This document shows positions 26,726-41,566 of a stretch of 64,000 nt of DNA, piece after piece; positions within the stretch are counted from its first letter, which is position 1; each line of letters starts with the position of its first letter. This DNA comes from Felis catus (Eukaryota), in assembly GCF_018350175.1 (NCBI RefSeq), contig NC_058369.1, positions 22,198,001-22,262,000 on the forward strand. Direction: 5' to 3'. Both the position numbers and the translations under genes were made by a program. The notes beneath the pieces were generated by a model. The model was not told where the DNA came from. It made no database searches and saw only the letters and a program-made list of their open reading frames with translations.

Positions 26726-26813
26726 ATCCAGTGCCATCTCCGTTGTGAAGATTCTGAGGGTCTTAAGGGTCCTGAGGCCGCTCAGGGCGATCAACAGAGC
26801 GAAAGGACTCAAG
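26726..26813 (+). CDS. CACNA1D: CACNA1D exon 24 (IIIS4, [29 protein letters not shown])
   Basis: ccttag / AAG|gtttgg, 88 nt, S4 arginine repeat. Confidence 0.97.
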
Positions 26814-26916
26814 GTTTGGATTTCTGCCCTCCGGTCCAGGCTGCTTTGGTTGGGGCCAGAGCTGGGCTGAGGCTTGATGGGTTTTACACGGCTGTACCTT
26901 TGGAAAGGACATTTCT

Positions 26917-27148
26917 TTTTTTTTTTTTTTCCTGAACATTTTATTATTATTTTTTAATGTTTTTATTTTTGGGAGAGAGAGCATACATGTGCACGCACAC
27001 GGGGTGGGGAGGGGCAGAGAGAGAGAAGGAGACAGAGGATCTGATGCTGACCACAGACAGCCCGATGTGGAGCTTGAACACAAGAACCACAAGCTCATGA
27101 CCTGAGCCGAAGTTGGTCGCTTAACCGACTGAGCCACCCAGGTGCCCC
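26917..27148 (-). mobile_element. CAN-SINE
   Basis: antisense SINE; TSD tggaaagg(a/c)catttct at 26901 and 27149. Confidence 0.92.
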
Positions 27149-27295
27149 TGGAAAGGCCATTTCTAACCAGTGACACTACCTCTGACAAGTGCTGAAAGCA
27201 TTTTACAAATATTTTCTTTCTCTTTGCTAATTTATTTTTGTTTATGAGATTACTGTTCTATTACTTTTTAAAAATTATTAGTATTTTCTTGGGTT

Positions 27296-27425
27296 GGGGT
27301 GCCTGGCTGGCTCAATCAGAGGAGCACGCAATGCTTGATCTCAGGGTCGTGCGCTTGAGTGCCATGTTGGGGTACAGATTGCTAAAAGAAATAAACCGAA
27401 AAAATTAAATTAAACAAATAATATG
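27296..27425 (+). mobile_element. Short tRNA-derived carnivore SINE lacking the CT tract
   Basis: ggggtgcctggctggctca head, A-rich tail, TSD ttcttgggtt. Confidence 0.8.
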
Positions 27426-27793
27426 TTCTTGGGTTTATTTTGGTCTTTAAATCTATTCTCATGCAGGTCATATAAAAGGCCAGAGGTTTTGCATTTTCCT
27501 GAGTCCTTTTACGGGGGGCAGGGGTCCTTGTGGACCTGTGTGCCAGGCAGTGCCACGCCTGGTAGTGTTTCTTCTGACTAAACCACTTTGGAGGAAACCA
27601 GGGAGGGGCTGGTCTGTAGGGTGCTCCTCCCAGATGGCCCCACTGCAACGGGGGTAACTCCTCACAGATAACTACCTGAAAAACAAGCGCAAGGGAGGCA
27701 CAAAGTTGGAAAATCATATAAAAATGCACATAAACGTAGAAAATCCTGGCCGGTATTAGCTCGCCCTGTGGCTGAAACAACAAAAGCAGATGA

Positions 27794-28077
<284 letters not shown>

Positions 28078-29522
28078 TGAGTGTCCTGAACGTGAGAGTG
28101 GGGAACGAGGAAGCACAAATAAGACACTTGGAGGGTCTGCTTGTGCTCACTTTTCAGAAGTTTTCATCATGGATTGTGAGAGGCTTGTATGCTCAGCTCA
28201 CAGCTGGAGAGAGGGTGGGTGGGGGGTGGTGGTGGTAGTTTTGAGGTGACATTCACATATCATAAAAGTAATCATTTTAAACTGTGCAATTCAGTGACAT
28301 TTAGTACAGTCACACTGTGGGACAAGCATGGCCTACTCGTTCTAGTTCCAAACCTTTATCACCCCGAAAAGAATGGATAGATGGCTTTTGATGTTTGGTA
28401 TAGAATCTCTAAAATCAGGGGGAGGGCATGCACTGAAACCTAAAATAACAATTCCAAAATTCCCCAGAGAGCCCCCCCACCTTCCAGCCACATGGATAAA
28501 TCCCTCCCCCCCAAACTGGAACTCGAAGCTCAACTCCCTGGCATTCAGGAACTGGCTAGCCTCTACCGACACGTTTTCCAGGCTGCCTTTCTCCCCTTGC
28601 TCTTGGCACCCGCATTCGGGGCATATTTTTATTCACAAGAACAGGCAGAGGAGAGACAAAGTGAGAAATACTCATGCCTCTTATCCCAACATATCCAGAA
28701 GAATACGAAGGCAGACATGAAACCATTGCCTCAGGTTGTAAGACCGCGTAAAGTTCTGTGTGTCCCCATCCCTTTGGGACGGCACCGACTGAGGACTTGC
28801 TTGCACTGCTTACATTCCATTTGGGGTTTCTTTTCAGCAGAAGGTGCGGTCAGAGTATATCAGCCTCAGTGTGACTGATTGTGCACCTCCGGGGGCATCA
28901 TCCATGCAGGCTGCGGGGGTGGGGGGGCACCCCAGGGGGGGGCGCCCCCTGGAGTTTATGCGGCAAGGCAGCAGGGTGAAGACCCCTTCTCTTCTCTCAC
29001 TAAGCCTCTGCTTCCCCATCTGTGGAATAAAGACATTGGCCCCTTTCCAGAAATGAAATTCGATGACAAATATTGTGTATCAGAAATTATAGAATTATTT
29101 TAGAAAGAAAACTGGGAATATTGTTAATACAAAGAGAAAGAGTGTGATTACAGCCAAAAGGCCGAGAGGAGGGTGTACCCAGGCTTGCTTCCCGGAGCTT
29201 GCAGAATTCTCCAGGCCAAAGCCTCCGAGTCTTCAGTGTATGCGTTGAGCCTATCGTGTATGAGAGGCGTTTACTGTTTGGTAGTTATCATTTGTTATCA
29301 GGCATATGCTGGATATCTGCCTAGTTGCTCTAGAGAATACTCATTAAACTAGTAGGTCCTCAGTGATTATTGGAACTGTAGACTAGAGTAAACACAGGAC
29401 AAGAAGAGGAAAAACTCAGGCTGTGCTCGGCTCAGAGGTGGGGCCTGGCTGGCAGACAGCGCAATGGTGCCTGGACGTGGCCTTGGAGCAGCTGTGACTG
29501 ATCTCGGGTCAAGCCAGGATGA

Positions 29523-29693
<171 letters not shown>

Positions 29694-31135
29694 TAAGTAT
29701 AGAGAACACCTTGATAATGTCCCAAGCCACCCATTCAGTCGTTCAGTCATTCGTTCCCAGTTCTAATGTGTGCCAGACACGGGTGGCTGCCAAAGTGCCA
29801 TGTCTTTCACTGACCCGCTCACTCGCTCATTCATAAAATGTGCTTTTGGTACCAGCTCCGTGCAGCGTGCTGTGTTAAGCCCTGTGGGAGAAACAGTGGT
29901 CTCAACATGATACTCTCTTCAAGGCCCAGAGCTAGTCAGAGTATCAGGCAGTCAAACCAGGCAGGAGCTTCTGCCGTGTCAGAGATGTGCAGAATAGGGT
30001 TCTGAAGAATGGCTAGGATTTTGATGAGTAAAGTTAAAAAAAAAAAAGTCCAGAAGCAGGGAAGAAGGTAGAATACAAAAGGGAAGTCTCTTACACCTTT
30101 GTTCCCTGTGCTCTGATACCCACCCCAGCCCCAGCTCCTGTCACCTAAACGTACGTCCATACGCAGAGTCCCGAATGTCAAGTTCTCACGCCCAGAGGAA
30201 CTGCAGAAGGTGGACAAGTTCACTCTGTCAGGCTGGCAGATGCATGGGAGAGTCAGAAGTTTTATGGGAGAGCCTTTGGGAGGAAGAGGGCAGTTGGGTG
30301 GGGTTTGTTCATTAGGGGACTGGTCCTGGGGAGAAAAGAGGCAGGAGTGAGCCCCTTTACTCTGTGGAGGCACTGGCTGCACTCTTGGGTTTTCAGCAGT
30401 GTGTTTTAGCAAATCAGGATGGCAGGTGAGGGAAAGTGAGCAGATTTGGGACCTGGGGCTCAGAGGAGCTGGGCTCATCTCCTGGCTTTGCCCCCAAGGA
30501 GTATGACTTTGGTCACCTAGATCGCTCTGTGAGCCTCCGTACGATGGGGATGACTGTAATGTCTGCCTTTGCAGATGGCTGTGAAAGTGTGTAGCACAGC
30601 CCAGCGTGGGGTGGGCGCCCTGGCAGTGCTGAATCTGCATCAGAGTGGGGGTAATTTTAACTTGGGGATCTTACGGTAATTTCCTTCCTTCCTACTGAGA
30701 GTTCTGCTTAGCATACATTTAATTTCTGTGTATATTTCAGTTTGGGGAACGTCTCAGTTCTTTGGAAATCCCGGGTTGCTCGCTTGTTGTCCTTGTTGGC
30801 GTGTGTACAGTTTTCAGTTCTGCCAGTGTCTTCCACGTGGTGTCCTTCCTCTCTCCCATCTGTCAGTAAAAAGGAGCATTGTTGAATATCCATGAAATCT
30901 TTTCTCATGTCCTCAAAACATCAGTCAACAAATGTATCTCAGGTGTCCCCTCCTCTGGGCGCTGGGCCGGCTGGGCCTAATGCCAAGGAGGGTGCCTCGG
31001 GGACCTGTGTGTCCAGGGGCTATGGGTAGGCTCCGAGGGAGGGGTCTGACAGGCAGGGGTGGGCCCGCAGAGGCCGTCAGAAGAGGTGCACGTCTGGGCA
31101 GGCGGCGGGGCTCACCCAGTCCTTCTGTTCTCCAG

Positions 31136-31337
31136 GTTGCTGTATAAAGCCATCGACTCCAACGGAGAGAATGTTGGCCCCATCTACAACTACCGCGTGG
31201 AGATCTCCATCTTCTTCATCATCTACATCATCATTGTGGCTTTCTTCATGATGAACATCTTTGTGGGCTTCGTCATCGTCACATTTCAGGAGCAGGGAGA
31301 GAAAGAGTATAAGAACTGTGAGCTGGACAAAAATCAG
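31136..31337 (+). CDS. CACNA1D: CACNA1D exon 28 (IIIS6, III-IV linker)
   Basis: ctccag / CAG|gttaaa, 202 nt, ORF 31059..31490. Confidence 0.97.
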
Positions 31338-31717
31338 GTTAAAGTCACACACTGTTTGGGCTTCTGTCCCTTGAGCAAGAGAGGAGTGGCTTGTGTGTTG
31401 CCAGCTTCTTCCGTGCACACAGAAGGCGCGCATCCGCTGGTTGTCCCGGGGACTCGGGCCCTGTTCACAGCACCGTCTCAGCCAATTTGAGTCCTTGCTG
31501 GGGAGAGCGCGCTTCTCAGATACAGATCAGACCTTGTAATTGTGAAATCAACCCCACCCTATGGAGAAGTCAAAGAATGCTTAGGCCACCTTCTGCAGGC
31601 ATGACCCACGAGTGATGGCTCGCAATCTTGGTGGGGGATGTGGCCAGGGGCCGGAAAGCACCCACTGCTCCTCCCACAGTCCTTATGGGGGGGTGGGGCG
31701 TGGATTGTGTCTTACCT

Positions 31718-31920
31718 CCTCAACCTTGGCACTATTGATATTTTGGGCTAGATAATTTTCAGTTGAGCATTGTGTGCTTTGTAGGATGTTTAACAGAATC
31801 CCTGGACTATACCCACTCGATTCCAGTAGCAACCCGCTGCCCTGAGTTTTGACAACCAGAAGACCTCTCCGGACATTGCCAGATGTCCCCTGGTTGAGAA
31901 CCAGGGTTGAGAACCAGAGT
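31718..31920. mobile_element. MER20-like hAT DNA transposon fossil
   Basis: ctcaaccttggcactattga...gtaggatgtttaacag...gacattgccagatgtcccctgg...gttgagaacca. Confidence 0.75.
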
Positions 31921-33236
31921 CAACCAGGTTGACTTAGGAGGAAGTAACCCAGCACACTGCAGGAAAAGTCACTAACTTTAAACCTGGGTCTAATATTGTG
32001 CTGGTGTCATTCTCCCGTTATCCACTGCCTTGTTTGAACAAATCTGATAGCAGCAGGGGACTTTGGCTCTGATTGAGTGATGATGTGAGAGAGCCAGGAG
32101 ACCTGCTCCTCTCTGGGCTTGCTGTAGATTGAGGGCACCCAAGAGTTGCTTTTAGAGGTCCCTTACAGCGCTAGAAGATGGTGAGGTGGAGATTCTGCTC
32201 TGGGAGTTTCCCCTGGGCCCTGGTTTGCTAGCACCCCCATTTGATGATGACATAGGAGCAGGGATCATCTGCCAGCCTGGCTTCCTGAGGGAAGTGGCTG
32301 TGGTAAGGCTGGCTGTCTCTGGCCGCAGCTGTGCCCTCTGGGGCAAAGAGGACAGGGCCGGCTTGGTTTGTAGGAAGATGTTGCTTTGAGTTGTCAGGGC
32401 GTCCCTTCAGATCCCATAAGGGGTGATCAGAAGGAAGCCTGGTCCTGCTCCTCATCATCCCCCACTCCTCCCACCTCCCAGCCCCTGGAAGGAGAATGTC
32501 AGGGCGAGGCCCAGGCTGGCTGGGGTGGCAGAACCAGAGCTACAATTGTGTCAGCACTTGAGGTCCAGAAGAGGTTCGAATTGGGGGTCCCTGGAGTCAG
32601 TGTGAGGGGTCACAGCAGGGCCAGATTCTGGACAGAGGGAGCCTATCTGAAGTCAGAACCCAGGGTCAAAGCAGGAGAATGGAGTTGGTCTGGGTCTAAG
32701 AGCAAGTGGGGCCTTACACTGAGCCTACGGGGCTGGAGATCCCTCTGGGCTGCAAAGGGTGGACCAGTCTCAGCCCCAGAGTGAGAAGGACAGTGCTCTG
32801 GCCATCATTGGTGACCATGTCCTGGGGGCTCTGAGATGAACATGACAAGCTCCCGAGTGTCAGAAGGTCCCAGGCAGACACACACCATTAGACACGTGTG
32901 GTTAATATGGTCTGGCTCCCAAGAGGTGTCTCATGTGGATCCTGTCTTGGGGAGTGAGTCCAGCCTCTCTGGCTCTGCAGGATTTCTGTGCCTCTTGTTA
33001 CCTGGCTTCCTTTCCTAGAGGTGCCAGAACCGCAGACATAATGCACCAGCAGAGAGGAAAGGTAGGGATGAGGCCTGGGTTAGGCCCTGCTCCTCTGCTT
33101 GTGCACCACAGAATCTCCAGCAAGGCATTTCACAGCTCTGGACTTCGATCTTAATAAGGAAAATGGAAGCAGACTCGGTGCTCTGCTAACCCACCCCCCA
33201 GGTTGCTGTGAGGGGTTGATAAGGTGACAGAGCTAG

Positions 33237-33677
<441 letters not shown>

Positions 33678-34890
33678 TGATGAATCTAGGCTGTAGTTTG
33701 GCCAGAGTCCCTTTCTGGCTAACAGCTGTCACGGCAGGCATCTAGGATGGCCCTCTTGTTTAAGAGACCACCTCTACAGCATGACCATAGGTAACATTTC
33801 CCTGGAGCCTGGACCTGGCATTCAATTCTGTAAACATTTACTATGGGCCTCCTGCAGCCAGGGAGCATCTGAGGACTAAAGCTTGGTCTGTGTGGAGTTG
33901 GACAGACAGGCATTCCAGTCCTGCCTTACTCCTTACCAGATGGGCAATCTTGGCAAGGTTATTTAAATCCTCCGAGCCTTGCTTTCTTCATTGGCAAAAT
34001 AGGAAATCTATCATATCTATGCCAGAGGTAAGGTTTGCACTGGAAAATTCACATCAGGCACTGGCACTGGGCCTGTCACAAAGTAAACACCCAGTGTTGA
34101 AAAACAAAACATAAGTCACATTGCTGTCCTCAAGGAGCTCTCAGTATGAGAGTGGGGAATCTTCCAGTTCATGGGGAAGAGCTTGACCTGCATTATAGCT
34201 ACTTCTTGCTATACTAGGGGCAAGGCATGTAACTCCCTTCAGTTGGCCAAGTTGGTATTAACAGTGAGCAGGTCTGGCAGTTATACTGTTGAGTAGATAA
34301 TGCCCTAGCACAGAAGCCAAGGTCTAGATCCAGTTTCCACACAACTTGAGCAAATCAAACCAACTCCCAGTGCTGTTTAGAAAATGGGTCTAAAAGCCAC
34401 CAGAGGGACATTTTCTGGCATGTTTTTGTAAATTTAAGAAGTCTTTATGAACGAGAAGGACCACATGCCAATGTAGGGAAGAAGTGTGAGGTCAAGATAA
34501 TATGGCCTTTTATTGAACGTGGACCTAATAATGGCATCAAAATGATCTCCAACCAAATCCTACCTTTAGTCGTAGACATTTGGGTGGGTTCTGCCTTGTG
34601 CCTGGGTCAAGGCCCTGAACATAAACCCAGCCAGGAGGAAGGGTGGGTTCCCTTCATCCTGAGCAGAGGAAATGGATGTATTTCCCCTTCATCTTCCAAT
34701 CATCCTCATTCTGTCAAGGCGCCCCTGTGCTTTGTGGTGAGTTAATCACGTGTGCTAGAACCAGTGAAGGTTGCCTCCATGTCCAAGCAGAGGGTGGATG
34801 CCTACAGGGACCAGGGGGCTGGGGAGCCTCCTTTCGTGAGGCTGGCTGGGCTGGGTCTTCTGAGAACCGTGCCTCTGTCATCGTCCACAG

Positions 34891-35001
34891 CACCACGAGC
34901 AGTCCAAGATATTTAATGATGCCATGGACATTCTGAACATGGTCTTCACTGGGGTGTTCACCGTCGAGATGGTTTTGAAAGTCATTGCATTTAAACCTAA
35001 G
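34891..35001 (+). CDS. CACNA1D: CACNA1D exon 30 (IVS2, [37 protein letters not shown])
   Basis: ccacag / AAG|gtgagt, 111 nt. Confidence 0.96.
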
Positions 35002-36217
35002 GTGAGTAGCTGGACCACCTTTCGAAGACTGTTGTTGAATCACCCCAGAGAAGCACACGCTTCCTGTTCATTGTGTGTTACTGAGTTACGCTGAATTGCT
35101 CTGGCCGATAACTGGGTTATCACCTGAGAACGTTAGAATCTGATTAGGGCATCTGGGTACATATTGGAAAACAAAACTACAAAACAAAACCTCATAAAAA
35201 CAATTCTGAGAAAAAGAAGAGAGGGGTACGGAATTGGGAATTTGCAGAATGGAAATTGTTTGAAACTAAGTTTTCAGTCTCTAGAATAACACGTCATGCT
35301 TTCTCAAGGAAACTTGCCTCATCGCTTGAGCACTGGAGACACTGTTTTAAACAGAACCCGTTAGAAAGAATTCAGCCTTGATTTTACTCTTAGGTTTCCA
35401 GGAGAAAGACTTTGGTTTTATTTGTTCTTGGTCTACAGCTTCTTATTCACCTTTTATGGAAAGTTCTACCAGTTGGAGATCTCCTTCTGCCGTGCCACCT
35501 TTCGTTTATTTGACTTAGAAAAATGTCACTTGACTTTAAAACCAAACAAGACATGAAGTTTGTCAAACTCTGTTGGGCTAGTCAGCATATCCTCTCGCCT
35601 TCGGGGAGGGCACGAATCCAGTCCCCTAGTTGTCAGTGTCTGTGGTTGAAGAGACTGATGGAACAGTGTCAAAGTGCACACACGACTCTGGGTCCAAACC
35701 CATACTCCCCGTTTGCTAACGCGAGTGAGTTCCTTCACTGCTCTGCGCTTCAGTTTCCTCACCTGAAAAATGAGGGCACTGCTGGTTCTGTGTCACAAGG
35801 CAGCTGTGAGGGATAAAGAATCACTATCTGTGCCATGCTTAGAGAAGTACCTGGCATGTGGTAACATGCTGTGGACGTGCCGGTACTGTTACTCTGACCA
35901 CCACCACCATCATCGTCAAGTAACGATGCCCCCTTGTTCTAAAACCGTAGACAGAGGAGCAGACCCCGGCGGGGCTGGGGGACATTTGACCCTCAGCTTC
36001 TTTGCTAGAAAAGCCCCAAACCATTAGAATGAAATGGTGACAGAATTCAATGACCCGGTTATTTGTTCATCTGTGTGTAAGGTATCCGATGACACTGATT
36101 TTACTGAGACTTCGATTACAAAGTGATGGTTTTCACATACTCCATATTTACATGGAATTCTAATCCAAAACTGTTCCTTTCTTTAATTTGAATTAATTTC
36201 TATGCAATCTTTATCAG

Positions 36218-36247
36218 ATCTTTGTGGACCAAAAAGAAAGGACACTT
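36218..36247 (+). CDS. CACNA1D: Putative 30-nt cassette microexon 30a (IFVDQKERTL), IVS2-S3 linker
   Basis: ~90-nt AG-free U-rich tract, TGC at 36203-36205, atcag acceptor, CTT|gtaagt donor, phase 0/0, no stop. Confidence 0.72.
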
Positions 36248-39200
36248 GTAAGTGATCACTTGGGGTGATTGCAGTGGGGTCAAATTTGGCACTTTATGCA
36301 TGGCCAGATGTTATTTACTGTGACTTGTCCATATCTACATACATAAGCATTTCCTCCTTTTCCAAATTCATCTTAATTTCCTTTGAGATTTTTGGTTTGC
36401 TTCCCTGTCACCTTTACTTCTTTGAACAATATTTGTCTGGACTGTTGAAAAAGGTTGCCAAATAAGAACATCAAAAGGACTTGAGAAGATGCAACACGGA
36501 ACATATCTCTGGAACATTCTAGATGCCCTTACCGTGTCTTCCCCTGCCTGGTGATTAAGCTCTGAAGTTTTTGAGAGCTTATTCTGGGCTGAAGAGAAGG
36601 CACACTCACCCATGGCATGTATGTGTGAGAGAGCGCACGCGTGCGTGCATGCGTGTGTGTGTGCGTGCGTGCGAACATGCGCCTGCTAGCCGGCCAGCAC
36701 ACCAAGGGGCTCATACACCCCTCTGCCCTGTAACCTGCTGAGACCAGACCTGGGAGGAGGGTTTGGTGGCATGTGATAAGAGTGGTTGATATCAAGAGGG
36801 AAATGAGTAGCTAACTTTTAATCAGTGCTGATTAATCAGGGTTTTAAAATGAGTGATTTCCGCTAGAAATTGTGCTGCTTTGTTGTTTTGCCCAGCAAGG
36901 TATTTCCATAGCATAAAATAGCAATAGGAGCATCTCTTTGCTTGCAGAGCACGGCGTCTGCATTCACTGAAGCCAGGAGAGACAGATTTTATGTTGAGGA
37001 GCAGGAAAGAATCAATTCACCAGGAAACAAAGCTCTTCTTAAAATGCTCCCAGACTTTTCCTTGTTTTTCTCTTCTGGGTTGACAAAGCCAACCCAGGTG
37101 AGGAGGCTTTCACCAAGAAGTCAGTGAGGCCCCTCCTCCCTCTCGGAGGAGCAGTAGGGCTGAGGAACCCAGTTGTAGAGGCTGCTGAGGAAGAATCTTC
37201 CAGGAGATGGACACGTGGGACAAAGGGTTGGGAACCCTAGCCCCTGGGTCTCGTCTCAGGAAAGCCCTTGTCTCTGTTTGGAATTTGTTGCAGGGCCCCT
37301 CGGGGCAGCATTCTCCATAGTGAGGGGAGCACCTTCTAGGAAAACTTGTCAGCATCTGTCAGGAGAGATGGGCTTGCAGCCCTTCTGGGATACAAATCCA
37401 GAGAGTGAAGTTGGACAAAATCCTCCCTCATGGATGGACGAGGAAGCACTGTCAGGAGGATCGGTTAAAAGGAGCTGTGAAACCTAACCATGGGGACTTC
37501 TGTATTCAAGAGGCTAATGGAGAGGTGGGGCCTCCCAGGAGCACACATTTAGGGAGAAGTCCGGGATCCGCACATCAGGTCACCCCACCTCCACAAGCAG
37601 GGAGGACCGAGGTAGGGAACCCAGAGCTGGAGCTGCCCTGGCCGGCGAGGCAGGCTCACTGTGTGGGAAGAGGTATTCTGAGTGTTGGTTAGGCCAGAGT
37701 GGAGGGTGGTAAGGAGCCGAAGAGCCCAAGAATTAGGGAAAAGCAAGCAAGCTGTTGAGTGTATTGTCTGCTCCCCAAGGGAAAACCCACCATCGGTGTT
37801 GATCTTACACGCTCTAGACTGCGCTTTTGACTTGGAGGTGACTGTGCCATCCTCAGGTTGTAAATGGAAGAGAGGTCATGACTTAAGTAAGAAATAAGCC
37901 ACTTCCCTGGCCTTTCCCTCCAGTACTCTGAGGGGAAGCCACTGGAATTCTCTGATGAATTCTCTTGCTCCAGGGAGGGAGATTGAAAAGAAGGGCCTTT
38001 TCCAAAGTACTGGTCCCTGCAGGAAGTAAGGAGCACTTCCATTTTCCTGAGGCCCCTCTTTGTGCTTCCTCATGTCACCTGTCTTTGTTCAGCATGTGCC
38101 CGAGGCCAGGTTAGCTGCCTTGGCTGTGGGCTTTTCTCCAAACAGCCACACTTTGTTCCCAGGTCTGCATTTTGATCTTGGTTCTACCTCGAAAATGTCT
38201 AATTGATACTCCTGGCCACTTGGGCTTGGGAAAAGTAAAGGGTAGTTGGGTTTGGGGGAAGAATAGAGTGTTTTGGTGCCATTCTCATACGTCCATGCAG
38301 AGCTGCAACACCATGGAGGCTGGGATCTTCTTCCGCCAGCCCCCCGGGATGGCATTCCCTGCCCCAGGGTCCCTGACAGGAATAAGGGCTCCTATCAAAC
38401 AAAGCCTTAGCAATCTTTTTCAAGGACGTCCTCCACCTCCTGGAAAGAAAATTTGATACTGTTGTTACAGCTCTTCAGTGACCACATCTACTCTAGATGA
38501 TTTATTCTAATGCCAAATAACACTTGAGACCAAATATCCCTCTCCCTAGCCAGGACTTTGGGCCAGACTTCATGGGCTCAGACTGTGCCTGTTGCCTGGG
38601 TCAGGGGTGTGTACCATCCGCCCAGGAGTCCTCTAGGACGTGGGCACAATTTTGTGAGTGTAAGGGATCTTCTGAAGAGGGTTGACAAGATTGCCAAAAC
38701 GTTCCAGGACCCCCAATGTTAAGCCCCTATTGCATTGGTTTAAGGTGATTTTCAGAATGGGCCACTTGGTGAATAGTGTGTAGGCCAATGGGAATGATCC
38801 AAAGGTAAGTACTGATAATTCTAGAAAAGCAAGGGAGGAGCTGTTTAGGAATAAAGTCCAAAGTAGGTACGCAGGTGGTGGCCTTGGCCTCAGGCAAACA
38901 GCCTGCTGTAACAGGGGTCGGGGGGGAGCAGTGTGCAGGGTGCAGAAGTGAGCAGGGGCTGGTTGTGTGCCCAGACAGGAGAGGAGGAGGAACTCGGGAT
39001 TTTCAGCTGCTCTCTGAACCCTGGAGGCCTGAGTGTTACGGTGCCCTGCTGTCTCAGTGAGGCATCAGCCCCTCTCTAGAGGAGGTGGGAATGACCAGCA
39101 TCCTCTCCTTAACTTTGGAGTTGCTGTTAAATCCAGGAAGGGAAGGATGGGCTCTGGCCCTCAGAGTAGAATCTGTGGCAAGGCTGCCAGTCAGATGCCT

Positions 39201-41026
39201 GTTGCCCGTGAATAAGGGAACCCGGCACTTGGACGATCAGGGCACCCGCACAGCAGCAACTCAGCACCCCGACCCAGCTGCCTTGTGTGTTAGGAGGCCT
39301 TCCCCCCTGAAGGAAGCCGTGTGCTCATTTGGGTCCAGGTGTGAGCGCTGTCTCCTGGCCAGCCAGCAGGACTGGCGTGCTCAGCGGGCCTAGTCTGGTC
39401 CTCACGGGGGCTGGCCTTGGCCCCATCTGGCAGCCAAGAATCATGGATCATTGGGAAGAAAAGCCAGAAGGCGCTAAATGTGGTGTTCGTGAAGACTTGT
39501 CCCATTTAGACATGTGCACACAGGTCATCAGAATTGGTGCAGGCAGAATCCCTCTGTTTACCTGTCAGAGGCCAGAGAAGGGGGTCTGGGAGGATGGCAG
39601 CCAACGAGGTAACATGTGACAGAGGACGGGAGGAGAGAGGGGAGCAGTGGGTGAGAAGTCATGGCAGTTGGGTGGGAAAATCTTACATTATTCAAGATGA
39701 AACTTTTAAAAGCCCAAACCATCAGTCAGTATCATAGCTTCCCCGTAAATGCACTTAGAGTGATCAACGGTAACCAGAATAAGCAACCCTACTCCAGTTA
39801 TCAGGATGGCCAACATGTCCACATTTTCTATCGTGTCGCCAAAGGCTGGGCTCTGCAGTGGCTTCCTTGGGGCCTGTATTGATCATGAGTTCATGGAACC
39901 TGACACTTCAAAGTACCTTCTGTTCTGGTTTTCTTCATCTGCACTAAGTGTACCCAGTTGTAAGCATGCTTGACCGCTTTCTATGTAATTCAGACCTGAA
40001 ATTTTTTATTTCCAAAACATGTTCTGATTTCTTGAAAAGACATCGTTGATTTGCAGACAGAATGTCAGGAGGCAGCAGGCATAAAATGTGTGAGCCCACG
40101 AGAGGGAATATGTAAAATGTATGCCGTAGATAGGGAGATAGATAGATGGATTGATAAGTCACAGTCCTAGGGACATTGTGCCATCATGATCGCTGTAGGA
40201 TATGGAGATCCGAAGGATGATAGGATGCTAGGTCAGTGGAAGAAAGACCCTGCAGTATGTTGAGCAGCAGGCTCAAAGTTCCAAGGTAGATAGTGGGGTC
40301 AGTAGAGGAGGGGATGGAAGAGTCAGCATAGAGGGTTTTCAGTGGGTTAAACCTGAAAAGACCCAAAATTCAGTGATGAGAACGTGAGAGAGAGAGAGGC
40401 AGAAGTGGACGTCAGGAGGATCTGAAAAGATCCCTTCGAGGGGCGGGCATTTGGTCCGACCTTGAAGGAGGAAGTGGGTTTGGGTAGACAGAGTTAGGGC
40501 TGGGATTGTAGAGCCATCAGGAGCAGGGGAAGAACCTGTTGGTGGTTCTGAGGGCTGGCAAGGAGTCCTCCTGGCCTGGAGGGTGGAGAGGGAAAGGAGG
40601 AGAGCTGGGGACCAAGGTGGATTCTCTCAAAGTCAATGGGACGCTTAGCACATCATAACCCTTGATGGTCCCTTTCCTTTGTGAGACCTCCAGTGGGCTC
40701 CCTAGACGGTCTCCTGCCCCCCAGCCCAGAGTGAGTTCCCCTGGCACAGCTCTGTGCCCTGGACTGTGTGCATTGCTGTGCCTCTGTCCTCGTGTGCCCA
40801 AGAGCCCTGGGAGGACAGAGCACACCTTCTGTAACTCTTGCATGCATGAGGAACAGAAACGGTTGCTGCTTTAAGGGCACAGAATGGAGAACGTGTGAAA
40901 TGCCTGGTCACAGTGCTCTTTCACTGGGAAAGAGAAGGACGTGGTGTGGCTGGGGACCCCATGGAAGGAGCAGGGGGAGGGCCTGCTGACTCCCCTGTGT
41001 AAGGGCTGAAATCCCAGAAAGTGTGA

Positions 41027-41566
<540 letters not shown>

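Noticed and set aside
26139..26812. ORFs containing CVCV/RERE/ARAR runs
   Set aside because: Translations of the compound microsatellite
29936..30640. 234-aa intronic minus-strand ORF (also 62289..62888 and 63021..63632)
   Set aside because: Low-complexity Pro/Ser/Gly-rich translation with no domain or gene structure; expected by chance in GC-rich intron
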